DNA of 64,000 bases. Origin: Mycoplasmatota bacterium. Its GTDB lineage: Bacteria; Bacillota_I; Bacilli_A; Haloplasmatales; Haloplasmataceae. A model generated the notes under the pieces. That model was not told the origin of the DNA. It saw only the letters and a program-made list of their open reading frames with translations, and did not search any database. The position numbers and the translations under genes are program-made. This document shows positions 1-10,094 of this stretch, one piece after another. Position 1 is the stretch's first letter. Each line of letters starts with the position of its first letter. The stretch is from contig CP074573.1 in the NCBI GenBank assembly GCA_018394295.1, forward strand, positions 2,651,684 to 2,715,683, in the 5' to 3' direction.

Positions 1-68
1 ATTTCTTTATGTTTATCCATTAAATATCTCTCCCTACTTTTTTATTATATAATAGATTATATAAAATA

Positions 69-94
69 AAGACTGACAACTGTATGTCAGTCTT
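69..94 (-). terminator. rho-independent terminator downstream of hcp
   Basis: 9-bp stem hairpin aagactgac...gtcagtctt followed by a T-run on the minus strand, about 200 nt after the hcp stop (289). Confidence 0.45.
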
Positions 95-288
95 TACTAT
101 TGTTTTTTTAGTATAATCAACCAATTATAATATATATTCTTATACCCTAGTAATTACTCTTTATTACATAGTGGTAGATAGTCTCAGATTTTGGACCCTC
201 TTATGCAGTACCACTTATCTATTTAATAATGTATTTAAAAGGTATAATATCATTACTGATTAGACCTTTATACTACATACAAATAAAT

Positions 289-1938
289 CTATCCTAAGAA
301 CATTTTTAAATCTTCATCAACCGTACCTATACCTGCTATTCCAAAATTATCGACTAATACTTTGGCTACATTTGGTGATAAGAATGCAGGTAATGTAGGT
401 CCTAGGTGAATATTTTTTACTCCTAAGTAAAGTAACGCTAGAAGTACAATTACTGCTTTTTGCTCATACCACGCAATATTATATACAATAGGAAGTTCAT
501 TTACATCATTCAATTCAAATATTTCTTTCAATTTTAACGCGATTACAGCTAGAGAATAAGAGTCATTACATTGTCCTGCATCTAGAACTCTAGGAATTCC
601 ACCTATATCACCTAAATCAAGTTTATTATAACGATATTTAGCACATCCTGCCGTTAATATTACCGTATCTTTTGGTAATTTTTCAGCGAACTCTGTATAA
701 TAACTTCTTGATTTCATTCTTCCATCGCAGCCTGCCATCACAAAGAATTTTTTAATCGCACCTGATTTAACTGCTTCAACTACTTTATCCGCTAAGGCAA
801 ATACTTGTGCATGAGCAAAACCACCAACAATTTTACCATTTTCAATTTCTTTAGGAGAAGGTAACTGCTTAGCATGTTTTATAATATCACTAAAGTCTTT
901 TTGTTTTCCATCTACTCTATCTTTAATATACTTAAATCCTGGATAACCTGTAGCTCCTGTAGTATAAACTCTATTCTTATAGCTTTCTCTTGGTGGTACA
1001 ATACAGTTTGTTGTAAATAATATTGGTCCATTAAAGGTTTCAAATTCTTCATTTTGTTTCCACCAAGCATTACCATAATTACCAACAAAATTAGAATATT
1101 GCTTAAAGAATGGATAATAATGAGCAGGTAACATTTCACCATGTGTATAAACATCTACACCTGTACCCTTTGTCTGTTCTAATAACTCTTCTAAGTCTTT
1201 CAAATCATGTCCTGATATTAATATTGCTGGATTATTTCTAACCCCAATATTTACTTCAGTTATTTCAGGGTTTCCATATGTTTTTGTATTAGCTTCATCT
1301 AGCAACGCCATCGTATCTACACCATATTTACCTGTTTCTAAAGTAAGTGCCACTAGATCTTCTCCACTTAAAGTATCATCTAATGTAGCAACTAAGGCTT
1401 TTACGATAAAATTATAGATTGCTTCACTTTCTTTTCCTAGAGCAACTGCATGTTCAGCATAAGCTGCCATTCCTTTAATTCCATAAGTAATTAATTCTCT
1501 TAATGAACGTACATCTTCATTTTCAGTAGCTAATATGCCTACTTCAATAGAATCTGACTTGGCATAAATTTCTGATTCAGTTTCCGCTACAAAGATGGCT
1601 GCATCATGTAATTCTCCTAAAGATATTCCTTTCTCTTTTAATTCTTCTTTTATTTCTTCCCTAAGTGATAATACTTCTTTAATTTTTTCGATAATAGCTA
1701 TTTCATCAAAGTTAGCATTCGTTATCGTCATGAATAATCCATTCAACATAACATGATTCGCTTTAGGAAATCTAATACCATTCTCTAATCCTATTTTTTG
1801 AAGAATAGCCATTCCTTTTAATACATAAATCATTAAATCTTGTAAGTTTGAAACGTCTTCTGTTTTTCCACAGACCCCTTTAATAGTACACCCGGTCCCT
1901 TTTGCCGTTTCTTGGCATTGATAACATAACATACTCAT
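289..1938 (-). CDS. hcp: hybrid cluster protein / hydroxylamine reductase (prismane)
   Basis: 549 aa. N-terminal Cys cluster [18 protein letters not shown] is typical of Hcp. Conserved C-terminal Cys ligands (AGCAKY, MAGCDGR). Length fits the Hcp family. Confidence 0.9.
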   Translation of the reverse strand: MSMLCYQCQETAKGTGCTIKGVCGKTEDVSNLQDLMIYVLKGMAILQKIGLENGIRFPKANHVMLNGLFMTITNANFDEIAIIEKIKEVLSLREEIKEELKEKGISLGELHDAAIFVAETESEIYAKSDSIEVGILATENEDVRSLRELITYGIKGMAAYAEHAVALGKESEAIYNFIVKALVATLDDTLSGEDLVALTLETGKYGVDTMALLDEANTKTYGNPEITEVNIGVRNNPAILISGHDLKDLEELLEQTKGTGVDVYTHGEMLPAHYYPFFKQYSNFVGNYGNAWWKQNEEFETFNGPILFTTNCIVPPRESYKNRVYTTGATGYPGFKYIKDRVDGKQKDFSDIIKHAKQLPSPKEIENGKIVGGFAHAQVFALADKVVEAVKSGAIKKFFVMAGCDGRMKSRSYYTEFAEKLPKDTVILTAGCAKYRYNKLDLGDIGGIPRVLDAGQCNDSYSLAVIALKLKEIFELNDVNELPIVYNIAWYEQKAVIVLLALLYLGVKNIHLGPTLPAFLSPNVAKVLVDNFGIAGIGTVDEDLKMFLG

Positions 1939-2094
1939 TTAAATTCCTCCTATATATTTATTTACATTAAGACATATGCTTATATTTAGCAAGCAATTCT
2001 TAATTTTTATAAAAATATTTAAATTATAATTTTCAATTAGATAATATATCTTTCTAAATCAAATTTCAGTATCCTATGGTACAAGAAATGATAT

Positions 2095-2343
2095 TTAATA
2101 ATTATTTCCAGCTGCTTTGACATTATCTGGGTCAAAAGCATGACAAGGTGTTACCCCATAAACCATATTACACTGTGGACACTTATCCTCAAATGTACTC
2201 ATTTCAAAAGTATTTCCACAGTCTACACATGTAATTGAGAAAGCCATCGGCAGATATTGATTTGAAAACCCCATTGCTCTAACTTTATCTACTATTTGTT
2301 TTCCATTCTGAAATTTTCCACTACATCCTTCATGCATATTCAT
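2095..2343 (-). CDS. small Cys-rich zinc-ribbon protein, hcp-cluster associated
   Basis: 82 aa with C7, CxxC(39-42), CxxC(55-58) and C67. Lies 14 bp downstream of the ABC-type ATPase gene on the same strand. Confidence 0.5.
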   Translation of the reverse strand: MNMHEGCSGKFQNGKQIVDKVRAMGFSNQYLPMAFSITCVDCGNTFEMSTFEDKCPQCNMVYGVTPCHAFDPDNVKAAGNNY

Positions 2344-2357
2344 TCACCTCTATTCTT

Positions 2358-3377
2358 TTATTCACTTTTTAATATTTCGCCTTTTCTTAGTTTTGTTCTC
2401 ATCGAGTTATACACTTGATCCATTTTCTCTAATTCTAACAATATGCTTTTTTCTTCATCATCGGTTTCTATCACTTTATAGATTCCACCATTTTTTATGA
2501 CAATCCTTTTATCTGCCATAAGTGCTAAACTCGGATCATGTGTTGCCATTAAGACAATTTTCTCTTCATTTACAAGAAGATTTAATGCTCTTTTTCTATC
2601 AATTCCAGCATTTTCAATTTCATCTATTAAAACAATTGGTGATTTACTTAATATGGCCGTATCTGCAATCATTAAAGCTCTTGATTGACCACCACTTAAA
2701 CCAGTAATAGGTGTATCTAAATTAAACTTTTCACCTGCTAATTCATTGGCTGCTTCGATTATTTTTCTAATCACTTCTTCTTCATTATCAATCATTCTAC
2801 TTTTAGCATGTAATTCTAGAAATTCCTTCACGGTTAAATCCATCACAAAATTCATGTTTTGCGACAATTGCGCGACCAATTTATTACTTGTTGAAAAGCG
2901 AATGCTTTTATCAGGCAAATCTCCGTTAATTAAGATTGTTCTTTCAGTGGGTGTATCTTTATTTGCTGCCCATTCTATATCTGCGAGTAATCTACTTTTT
3001 CCAGAACCTGTAGGACCGACTATGGATATAATCTCACTTTTGTTAATGGTTAATTGATCAATATTCTCTTTATTCCCATATTTATCTTTACCAGAAACAA
3101 TCGTTATTGATTCTACTTTATCTTTATCTAATCCTAAAAACTCAAGCATTTGATTAATATACTCAACTAAATCAGATTTAATCTTTTCTATGTCTATTGC
3201 CCACTCTTCCCTATCTTCTTCTGTAAATTTATTTAAGTAATCTAAGAACGTATATTCTTCATAACCATTTACATCTAATTGATTATTTTCAAAAAATGAT
3301 AATATAAATGGGTATTTCTTCTCTAAATAACTGATTTTTTTTGTTTCTAATTCTTTTATATTAATCATTGTCATCAC
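2358..3377 (-). CDS. orphan ABC-type ATPase (single NBD, no permease partner) with ~100-aa N-terminal extension
   Basis: Walker A GPTGSGKS, ABC signature LSGGQSRAL, Walker B VLIDEIEN, H-loop ATHD. Start overlaps the upstream GTPase gene (translational coupling). No TM genes in the cluster. Confidence 0.7.
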   Translation of the reverse strand: MMTMINIKELETKKISYLEKKYPFILSFFENNQLDVNGYEEYTFLDYLNKFTEEDREEWAIDIEKIKSDLVEYINQMLEFLGLDKDKVESITIVSGKDKYGNKENIDQLTINKSEIISIVGPTGSGKSRLLADIEWAANKDTPTERTILINGDLPDKSIRFSTSNKLVAQLSQNMNFVMDLTVKEFLELHAKSRMIDNEEEVIRKIIEAANELAGEKFNLDTPITGLSGGQSRALMIADTAILSKSPIVLIDEIENAGIDRKRALNLLVNEEKIVLMATHDPSLALMADKRIVIKNGGIYKVIETDDEEKSILLELEKMDQVYNSMRTKLRKGEILKSE

Positions 3378-4071
3378 CGATTTTCATTTTTCTTACATTC
3401 CCCATCTGATATTCTTCACCAATTCTTGTCTCTCCTAAACAGTATGAGCATAAAGCTGATGGCATTGGGAATTTTAATTCCCTTCCTTTTACGGTTTCAA
3501 TACTCGCCTCGATGTCATAAACAAGTGTACTTAGTTCAAAGGCTCCTTGCCCTGTCAGTCCATTTACAAAAATAATTATAGCTTTAGGATTGACTGAATT
3601 TACACGAGATGCAAAAACCTCTCTCTCAGCTTGCGATACAATATCCCCTTTTGTGATTACGATTATATCAGCTGTTTTTAACATGGGTCCTATTTTTTTA
3701 GGTGTATTTATACCACTTAAGTTATCAATTACACAGATTGCTTTAATCCCTTTCATATAAGGAGAGCATCGATTACATAATCCTGCACTTTCAGTGATCA
3801 GTAAATCTAATTTTTCCTTTTTTCCCCATCTTACAACTTCTTCAATATTACTTGCAAAATAGTGGTCTGGACATAATGAACCTGATAATCCTTTTTTTAC
3901 AGGTACTTTTGCTTTTTCATATAGAATATCATCATCTGTATATAAACAATCAAATTTAACTACCCCTACTGATAATCCTCTCTTTTTAATCGCTTCTATC
4001 GTTTTTAATATGACAGAAGTCTTCCCAGATGAAGGAGGACCTGATATCGTTACTAAATTCATCCTAAACAT
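3361..4071 (-). CDS. G3E-family P-loop GTPase metallochaperone (UreG/HypB-like)
   Basis: GPPSSGKTS P-loop, CPDH motif (compare UreG CPH metal site), ESAG switch, ITKGD (NKxD-like). Additional CNRCSP and C-terminal CxxC. Overlaps both neighbouring genes. Confidence 0.6.
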   Translation of the reverse strand: MFRMNLVTISGPPSSGKTSVILKTIEAIKKRGLSVGVVKFDCLYTDDDILYEKAKVPVKKGLSGSLCPDHYFASNIEEVVRWGKKEKLDLLITESAGLCNRCSPYMKGIKAICVIDNLSGINTPKKIGPMLKTADIIVITKGDIVSQAEREVFASRVNSVNPKAIIIFVNGLTGQGAFELSTLVYDIEASIETVKGRELKFPMPSALCSYCLGETRIGEEYQMGNVRKMKIGDDND

Positions 4072-5284
4072 CTCCTTTTACAGCACGATTAAATATAGCT
4101 TCACATTCTTTGATTAAACTTGAAGTATCATGTTCTTTTATATAATCCCAACCAATCCACATATATTTATTTTCTTTCGTGATCATATTATTGACTTTAG
4201 GATTTACACTTGGAAATTTACCATTATGAGATAATATTTCTCCTATTTCTTTTGAAGCAAAAAACTCAACAATTGGTTTCAATTTATCTTTTTTATCTTT
4301 TTTAGTTAACATAAATATCGGACTTATAATAGCCCCATCCTTTGGCCAAACAGCAATCATTGGACCACCTTTTTTAACCATTTTGGTAAAGAAATAAGGC
4401 ATTATTGTAACGACTGGTTTATCAGTTTTTTTGATATGTGATTTCACCATTTCAGATGGATGCATACTCCTTTGTAAACTTTTTCCTAATCTTTTTACCC
4501 CATCTTCTCCATAGGTTTTGTAAATATTCAACAATATTGCATTAAACAAATCAAAATCTCCAATAGGTAAACTAACACTATTTTCAAATTCTTCTTTCAA
4601 AATATCTTCCCAACTAGATGGTATTTTTCTCCCCTTTAATTCTTCTTGATTCACTAAGAAAACAGCTGGGACAACACCAATAATAGAATATTGTTTATTT
4701 GGGTCCTCTAATTTAATATAATCATTATGAAAATCTTCATTATACTGATTAAAACCAGTTAAATCTTCAAACATATCTTCTGATTTATATTTACCAAACA
4801 GTTTTTTATCAAAGAATAAATCAAAACCTGCTGATATAAAGATATCTGGTAAATCATCTTTTGATTGACTTTTTAGAGTATCTTCTAACCAGTCAATCCC
4901 CATCGAAGCAGCTTTTAATTCATAATCAATATGAAAATCATAATTTTTATCAGTAAGCCAATCTTCAAAAGCTTCTGTTAAAGGTACTCTAACTGGACAC
5001 GGCAATATTCCCGCTATTTTCACAGAGTCTTTTTTATTAGATGATTTATTTAACCTAACTTCATTATTTTCTATCCGTTCAACAAGTTGAGCTACAAATG
5101 TATCAACATTTATTTTTTTTAACTTTAAAGCATCTTCTAATGTTATTGATTTACCAATAGCTCTTCTCATATTTTCATCTTTTATCTTATCAAACCCAAC
5201 TGATATTAACAGTTCTAAAGCTTCATCATATTTTTCTGTAATATCATATATTTTATCTTTTATATCAAAATATTTATTTTTCAT
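4064..5284 (-). CDS. fusion protein: N-terminal DUF1858-like helical domain + cytoplasmic periplasmic-binding-protein-like (SBP type II) domain
   Basis: The first ~70 aa resemble DUF1858 (the N-terminal domain of ScdA/RIC-type proteins) but lack Cys. The rest has alternating beta-alpha SBP-like segments (IAGILPCPVRV, VVPAVFLVN, IMPYFF..MIAVWPKDGAI). No signal peptide. Confidence 0.45.
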   Translation of the reverse strand: MKNKYFDIKDKIYDITEKYDEALELLISVGFDKIKDENMRRAIGKSITLEDALKLKKINVDTFVAQLVERIENNEVRLNKSSNKKDSVKIAGILPCPVRVPLTEAFEDWLTDKNYDFHIDYELKAASMGIDWLEDTLKSQSKDDLPDIFISAGFDLFFDKKLFGKYKSEDMFEDLTGFNQYNEDFHNDYIKLEDPNKQYSIIGVVPAVFLVNQEELKGRKIPSSWEDILKEEFENSVSLPIGDFDLFNAILLNIYKTYGEDGVKRLGKSLQRSMHPSEMVKSHIKKTDKPVVTIMPYFFTKMVKKGGPMIAVWPKDGAIISPIFMLTKKDKKDKLKPIVEFFASKEIGEILSHNGKFPSVNPKVNNMITKENKYMWIGWDYIKEHDTSSLIKECEAIFNRAVKGDV

Positions 5285-5349
5285 GTTACTTACATCTCCT
5301 TTTATCCTATTGATGTATTATTAGTCTACCACTAAATACATATGATATC

Positions 5350-5365
5350 GGTATCCTTTGTTACC
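5350..5365 (-). promoter_or_regulatory. putative HcpR half-conserved operator GGTATC-N4-GTTACC upstream of the 4-gene hcp-associated cluster
   Basis: Matches the perfect GTAAC-N4-GTTAC palindrome found upstream of the regulator gene, with 1 mismatch. Lies ~70-85 nt upstream of the start at 5284. Confidence 0.35.
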
Positions 5366-5443
5366 ATTTTTATCGTATTAAATAATAAAAAAACGCATAT
5401 AAATGCATTAAATACACTATATACGTTATTAATTTATTCTATA

Positions 5444-6169
5444 TCATAAACATGCTTTTAATCTTTTTAAATCTAATATTTTAAAATAATTTCTATAAAA
5501 ATCTATAATTCCTTCTTCCTGCATCTTGATTAATTCTCTAGAAAGAGAAGGTCTAGACACCAATAAATACTCAGCTAATTCATTTCTTTTTAAAGGGATA
5601 TCAAAATGAACTTTATTATTCATTCGATATTGTCGAAGTAAATATGTACTAATCTTTTTTCTAATACTTTTTAATGAAAGAATCTCTACTTTTTTATTTA
5701 AAATCAAGGCTTTTTTTGCCACAATTTGAAGCATATTTTCAATCATTATTCTATGCCCATGACAAACCTTAGTACATATTCCAACAATTTTCTGAGGTGG
5801 CAAAAACAAAATAGTACAATCTGTATTAGCAACTACTGTTGCTAACCATACATCACTTGTAAAAGCAGCTACTTCTCCAAATAAATCTCCACTCTTTAAC
5901 CTACTCATTATCACTCTATCACCAGCTAATGAGTCTTTCCCAACAATAACCTCTCCTTCTAAAACGATACCTATTCCATTTAATTCCTCTTTTTCAATCG
6001 TTATTACATCCTTTTTATTGTAGATTTTTATACTTGGTGTTAAACAATTTAATATACGTCTTAGTTCATCCTTCTCTATACCTTTAAATAACTCAATCTT
6101 CATCAATTGATTGATCCATTTTTCATACATCCCCATCAACCTCACTTTATATAAGTTAATTTTAATCAT
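5444..6169 (-). CDS. Crp/Fnr-family transcriptional regulator (HcpR-like by context)
   Basis: N-terminal cNMP-binding-like domain (GDLFGEVAAF) and C-terminal HTH (RNELAEYLLVSRPSLSRELIKMQEEG). Located directly upstream of the hcp locus. Confidence 0.8.
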   Translation of the reverse strand: MIKINLYKVRLMGMYEKWINQLMKIELFKGIEKDELRRILNCLTPSIKIYNKKDVITIEKEELNGIGIVLEGEVIVGKDSLAGDRVIMSRLKSGDLFGEVAAFTSDVWLATVVANTDCTILFLPPQKIVGICTKVCHGHRIMIENMLQIVAKKALILNKKVEILSLKSIRKKISTYLLRQYRMNNKVHFDIPLKRNELAEYLLVSRPSLSRELIKMQEEGIIDFYRNYFKILDLKRLKACL

Positions 6170-6225
6170 ACATATTAAATCTGAATATCTATTATATTAT
6201 TATATAATAATTAATAATATATTTC

Positions 6226-6241
6226 TGTAACATATGTTACC
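6226..6241. promoter_or_regulatory. perfect palindrome TGTAACATATGTTACC (GTAAC-N4-GTTAC), candidate HcpR/Crp-Fnr operator
   Basis: 14-bp perfect inverted repeat ~57 nt upstream of the regulator start codon. Suggests autoregulation. Confidence 0.55.
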
Positions 6242-6262
6242 GATTTTAAAATATAATTTTTA

Positions 6263-6712
6263 TTATACTTTATTGTTTTTGATTCGTTCTTTGCCTTTTT
6301 CAGTAGCAGCAGTTTTTCTTGTCAATTTTTTAATTTTATCAACATGTCTAAACCGCATTGCAGACCAGTCATTATTAATTGATACTTGTGATACTGGCTC
6401 AAATTCAAATGGTGCAAAAACATCCCACGCTTTATTTCTTTTTATATCCGATTTATATTTCTTAGAAGTTCCCTTTGGATAACAGAACCATAAGTATCCA
6501 TCATCTCCTAATGCTTTTATCACTGATTCTGCAATTTGGTAAGCATCTACCAAATTCATAACAAAGATTTGAATGAAATCATACTTCCCATTTATTTCTG
6601 TATGAATTTCAGATTCTATATCTTCTATGACTTCATTATATTCTTCTGGCATATTTACTATAAGAATTGGATTTTGTTCTTTTAAACCTAGTTTTTTCAA
6701 AATTGGATTCAT
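6263..6712 (-). CDS. hypothetical protein (149 aa)
   Basis: Intact ORF with codon usage consistent with neighbours. No recognisable motifs. Confidence 0.4.
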   Translation of the reverse strand: MNPILKKLGLKEQNPILIVNMPEEYNEVIEDIESEIHTEINGKYDFIQIFVMNLVDAYQIAESVIKALGDDGYLWFCYPKGTSKKYKSDIKRNKAWDVFAPFEFEPVSQVSINNDWSAMRFRHVDKIKKLTRKTAATEKGKERIKNNKV

Positions 6713-6768
6713 ATTAATCTCCTTGATTCATATAATATGACCTATCTATTTTTATTTTTAATTACATT

Positions 6769-7914
6769 TTATAAATTATTTTCAGTAATTATTATATTTT
6801 TTAATACATTGATTAATTCTATTTCCATTAAAGCTAAACCCTTATAAGGAAATTCATCTATAACTGATAAAGCATCTTGACAATACTGTAATGGTAATTC
6901 AACTTTTCTATTTATATAATACTCATAATATGCTTTAATACGTAGTCCATTAATATCATTGTCTTTTTGTAGCTTTTCTTCTATTTGTGTATAATATTTC
7001 TTAACTTTTTCAAAGTTATTAGTTATACAACCGATATAGCATATTTCATAGATAATAGTTCGTTGAAGTGGGACAGGTATAATCTTTATATTTTTTTCTA
7101 AAAAATCTATATAATACATCATTTTTTCAATATTATTTTCATCTAAAGCTTTATAATATAATAAGATAACATATCTAATATTCGCTCCAAATAAATACTC
7201 TATGTTATATGAATGTGAGATTTGAATATCTCTTGGACGAATACCAGATGATAGTTGAGTTATAAAGACACTTATATCACCCTTTATCCTCTGTATTGGT
7301 TTATTCAAAATTATATTTATTATACATCTTCCATCATTAGGATTATTCTTAATATATAACGGAATTAGATTAAATAAAGCAAAGAATATTGATAAAAAAC
7401 CTAACATAAGGATAAACACTTCGATAAATTTAGGTATATCATCAAAAATCATTAATAATAATAAAACTATAATTCCTGTAATAAAATTAATAATAATTCC
7501 ACCAGCAGTAAATAAAATATCTTTACCTCTTGATGTATGTCCCTTTGGCGGAATCATAACACAATAACAACCATAGCCTTTTGGTTTAACAATTGTAAAT
7601 CTTATTTTTGAATCTACCATTTTCCATAAAAAGATACTGAATCTATATGTGATAAGTTCAAATCCAAGCATCCTACCAAATAAATAATGACCAAACTCAT
7701 GTATATTAAGAGTAATAAAATATGAAATAAAAAAGTAAATTAAATATAACATAGGATGCTCTTCATAAAAATTACTAACACTATAAACTTTTAACACATA
7801 CAACCATCCAATAAATCCAATAATACATAGTGTCCATTGTAACATCCAATTATTTTTGTTTTTCTTCTTTTTACTATGTTCCATATACCCTCCACTTTTC
7901 CCTAATAAATCCAT
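6769..7914 (-). CDS. membrane protein with intramembrane HExxH (putative M50-like zinc metalloprotease) and C-terminal helical/TPR-like domain
   Basis: HEFGH motif after TM2, a later NPNDG (LDG-like) motif in a TM segment, multiple TM helices. Confidence 0.45.
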   Translation of the reverse strand: MDLLGKSGGYMEHSKKKKNKNNWMLQWTLCIIGFIGWLYVLKVYSVSNFYEEHPMLYLIYFFISYFITLNIHEFGHYLFGRMLGFELITYRFSIFLWKMVDSKIRFTIVKPKGYGCYCVMIPPKGHTSRGKDILFTAGGIIINFITGIIVLLLLMIFDDIPKFIEVFILMLGFLSIFFALFNLIPLYIKNNPNDGRCIINIILNKPIQRIKGDISVFITQLSSGIRPRDIQISHSYNIEYLFGANIRYVILLYYKALDENNIEKMMYYIDFLEKNIKIIPVPLQRTIIYEICYIGCITNNFEKVKKYYTQIEEKLQKDNDINGLRIKAYYEYYINRKVELPLQYCQDALSVIDEFPYKGLALMEIELINVLKNIIITENNL

Positions 7915-7940
7915 ATTTATACGTTATATATATTATATTA

Positions 7941-7975
7941 TATCAAAAAGATACTGCGTTTACAGTAACTTTTAT
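7941..7975. repeat. dispersed 35-bp palindromic repeat, copy 1 (TATCAAAAAGATACTG-N6-CAGTAACTTTT)
   Basis: Member of a 5-copy family sharing AAAAGrTACTG-N6-CAGTAmCTTTT. Sits immediately upstream of the gene starting at 7914. Confidence 0.6.
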
Positions 7976-8048
7976 TATTTATATTTTATATAAGAAGAGC
8001 CTGTCGTCTTTTTAATTTTTTTACAACTCCCCTTCAAAAAGTCAAAAA

Positions 8049-8079
8049 CCACTACTTATGATTTATCATAAATTAGTGG
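8049..8079 (-). terminator. rho-independent terminator after the FtsX-like permease gene
   Basis: Long imperfect palindrome ccactac ttatga..tcataa attagtgg followed by T-rich sequence on the minus strand. Confidence 0.5.
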
Positions 8080-8099
8080 CTATTCTCAGTTTTTAAGTA

Positions 8100-10094
8100 T
8101 CAATCTGAAATAATTTTCTTACACCGTTCATGAGTAAAAAGAATAAAAACAATATATATAATCATAAAAATTATAGAAGAAATGACGGTTGAATAAATAA
8201 AAGAATGAGCATCTACTGTCATCAAACTGTAGGAAGACATAGCGATTGTTCCAACTATACTATGAGAAATTGCGACGATTAACGGAAGTGAAAAATACAT
8301 AAATATCTGTTTGAAAATAGAACTGTGAACATCAGCTTTCTTCACACCAAGCTTATTCATAATTTCATAACACCTTTTATTATCCATTGTTTCTGTCATT
8401 TGCTGTAAGGACAATATAGAGGCTCCAACAATTAATAGAATACTTCCAATGAACAAACCTGTGAAAACATAAGAAGAGGCTTGCTTTAGGTTGTAATCCC
8501 TTTGATCACTTCTCAAAATAACCTGATGACCACCACTATAGCTTGCTATATAATTATATAGACCTTTATCACTGTTGCTTTCAAAGTCACTTTTCAACAT
8601 ATCGGTTCTTAATTCCTTGGTGTTAATAATCAAAGAAATATCATAGTTACCAATCTTTGAATTGATAAAATCTTCGTCTGATACTACTATTGTTACCCCA
8701 CCACCTATAACACCTCTAGAATCGTTAAGGGGCTCCAAATAGATAAGCTGATTCGGATTGAAAAGTTTTTTACTGCTTATCTTAACCTCTCTACAATTAC
8801 CAATAGATTGCATAACAGCCTTGTCTGCATGAAGCAAATATTCTCCTTGATTAATCAATACACTTTTATAACCTGAGATTTCTCGTACCTTATTATAATC
8901 AGATAGCATAATTAAACGTGTTGATATATCCTCAAAAAACGCATATTCATCACCCAGTTTGTAGGTTTTATGAGGATCTAAGAAGTAACTTAGGGTATAG
9001 TCTGTTCGATATAAAGGGAAACTATATTCTTTTTCGATAGTATAACCTTGTTCTTTAATATAATTTGTCACTTTGTCTATTGAAACATCGGGTTGTATTC
9101 CGCTAACTGATATGGAATATGGTGCAGTATATTTTAAATTTTCATCAATCCAAATATGTGCTGAAAAACCTAGATTAAGCATAACAAGTGTTAGGCTCAT
9201 TACAAATGAGATGATACTTAGTAAAATTCCATTTTGTCCTACTTTACTTGTAAGTTGTTTATTTGAAAAGAGATTTATTCCACTATACATTTTCTTTCTA
9301 TTATGACTAATTAAGAATGACATTACTGATGAGCCAAATAAAAAGATTCCAATGTGACCTAATAGTCCAATTCCAAACGCAATTTCTGTTGAGGTATCGG
9401 TGAAATCAATGTTTGGTTTTAACATTAAGATGTAAAAATATATGATTGCCACTATGCTTAAAACAAAACAAATAACAGAATAGTTGATAATTCCCTTTCT
9501 TTTTCTCTTTTTCAATATTGCTCTTTTTGATTTAACAATATTTATCAAATTTGCACGAGATATAATAAAATAGTTAAATATCGAAATGAGTACAAAGATA
9601 ATAAAAAATGTAAACAGTGTATTAATAAATGCAGTTCTTTCAAAAAGAATAGTACTATGTTGTATTTTAAGACCAAGCAATTTTATAATTAGTAAATCAA
9701 AGATTCGTGTTCCAAATATCCCTAAAACACAACCAGAAACAAAGGAAATAACACTTATTATAAGAGTTTCTAAGATCATCATAAGGTGAACCTGAGAATA
9801 TTTTAATCCAAGCATTAAATAAATACCAATCTCACGACTGCGTTTTTTTAAGATAAAATTGTTTGAATAAAGAGCAAGTCCTGTAACAATTAGCGTAATC
9901 GAAAGTGAAAGTTGCGTTAATATTCTTGTCAAATCCTCTACTGAATTTTCAGAAAACTCCTTCATAAAGGGTTGAAACTTAAGTAAATTGAATATATAGC
10001 TAAAAGAGACAGTAAGGGTTAAGGTAATGAAATAAATAGTATAATCATGGAAATTCTTTTTAACATTTTGGTACGATAGTTTAAATATCATCAT
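8100..10094 (-). CDS. ABC transporter permease, FtsX/MacB family with large extracellular domain (BceB-like)
   Basis: 664 aa with ~10 TM segments and a large loop between TM7 and TM8. Start overlaps the ATPase gene stop. Confidence 0.8.
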   Translation of the reverse strand: MMIFKLSYQNVKKNFHDYTIYFITLTLTVSFSYIFNLLKFQPFMKEFSENSVEDLTRILTQLSLSITLIVTGLALYSNNFILKKRSREIGIYLMLGLKYSQVHLMMILETLIISVISFVSGCVLGIFGTRIFDLLIIKLLGLKIQHSTILFERTAFINTLFTFFIIFVLISIFNYFIISRANLINIVKSKRAILKKRKRKGIINYSVICFVLSIVAIIYFYILMLKPNIDFTDTSTEIAFGIGLLGHIGIFLFGSSVMSFLISHNRKKMYSGINLFSNKQLTSKVGQNGILLSIISFVMSLTLVMLNLGFSAHIWIDENLKYTAPYSISVSGIQPDVSIDKVTNYIKEQGYTIEKEYSFPLYRTDYTLSYFLDPHKTYKLGDEYAFFEDISTRLIMLSDYNKVREISGYKSVLINQGEYLLHADKAVMQSIGNCREVKISSKKLFNPNQLIYLEPLNDSRGVIGGGVTIVVSDEDFINSKIGNYDISLIINTKELRTDMLKSDFESNSDKGLYNYIASYSGGHQVILRSDQRDYNLKQASSYVFTGLFIGSILLIVGASILSLQQMTETMDNKRCYEIMNKLGVKKADVHSSIFKQIFMYFSLPLIVAISHSIVGTIAMSSYSLMTVDAHSFIYSTVISSIIFMIIYIVFILFTHERCKKIISD

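Noticed and set aside
912-1154. 80-aa ORF inside hcp (different frame)
   Set aside because: Entirely embedded in the well-supported hcp CDS. Low-complexity Ile/Leu-rich translation typical of an alternative frame in AT-rich DNA.
2497-3057. Three plus-strand ORFs (63, 61, 103 aa) antisense to the ABC-type ATPase gene
   Set aside because: Antisense to a gene with clear ABC motifs. Low-complexity sequences, no RBS.
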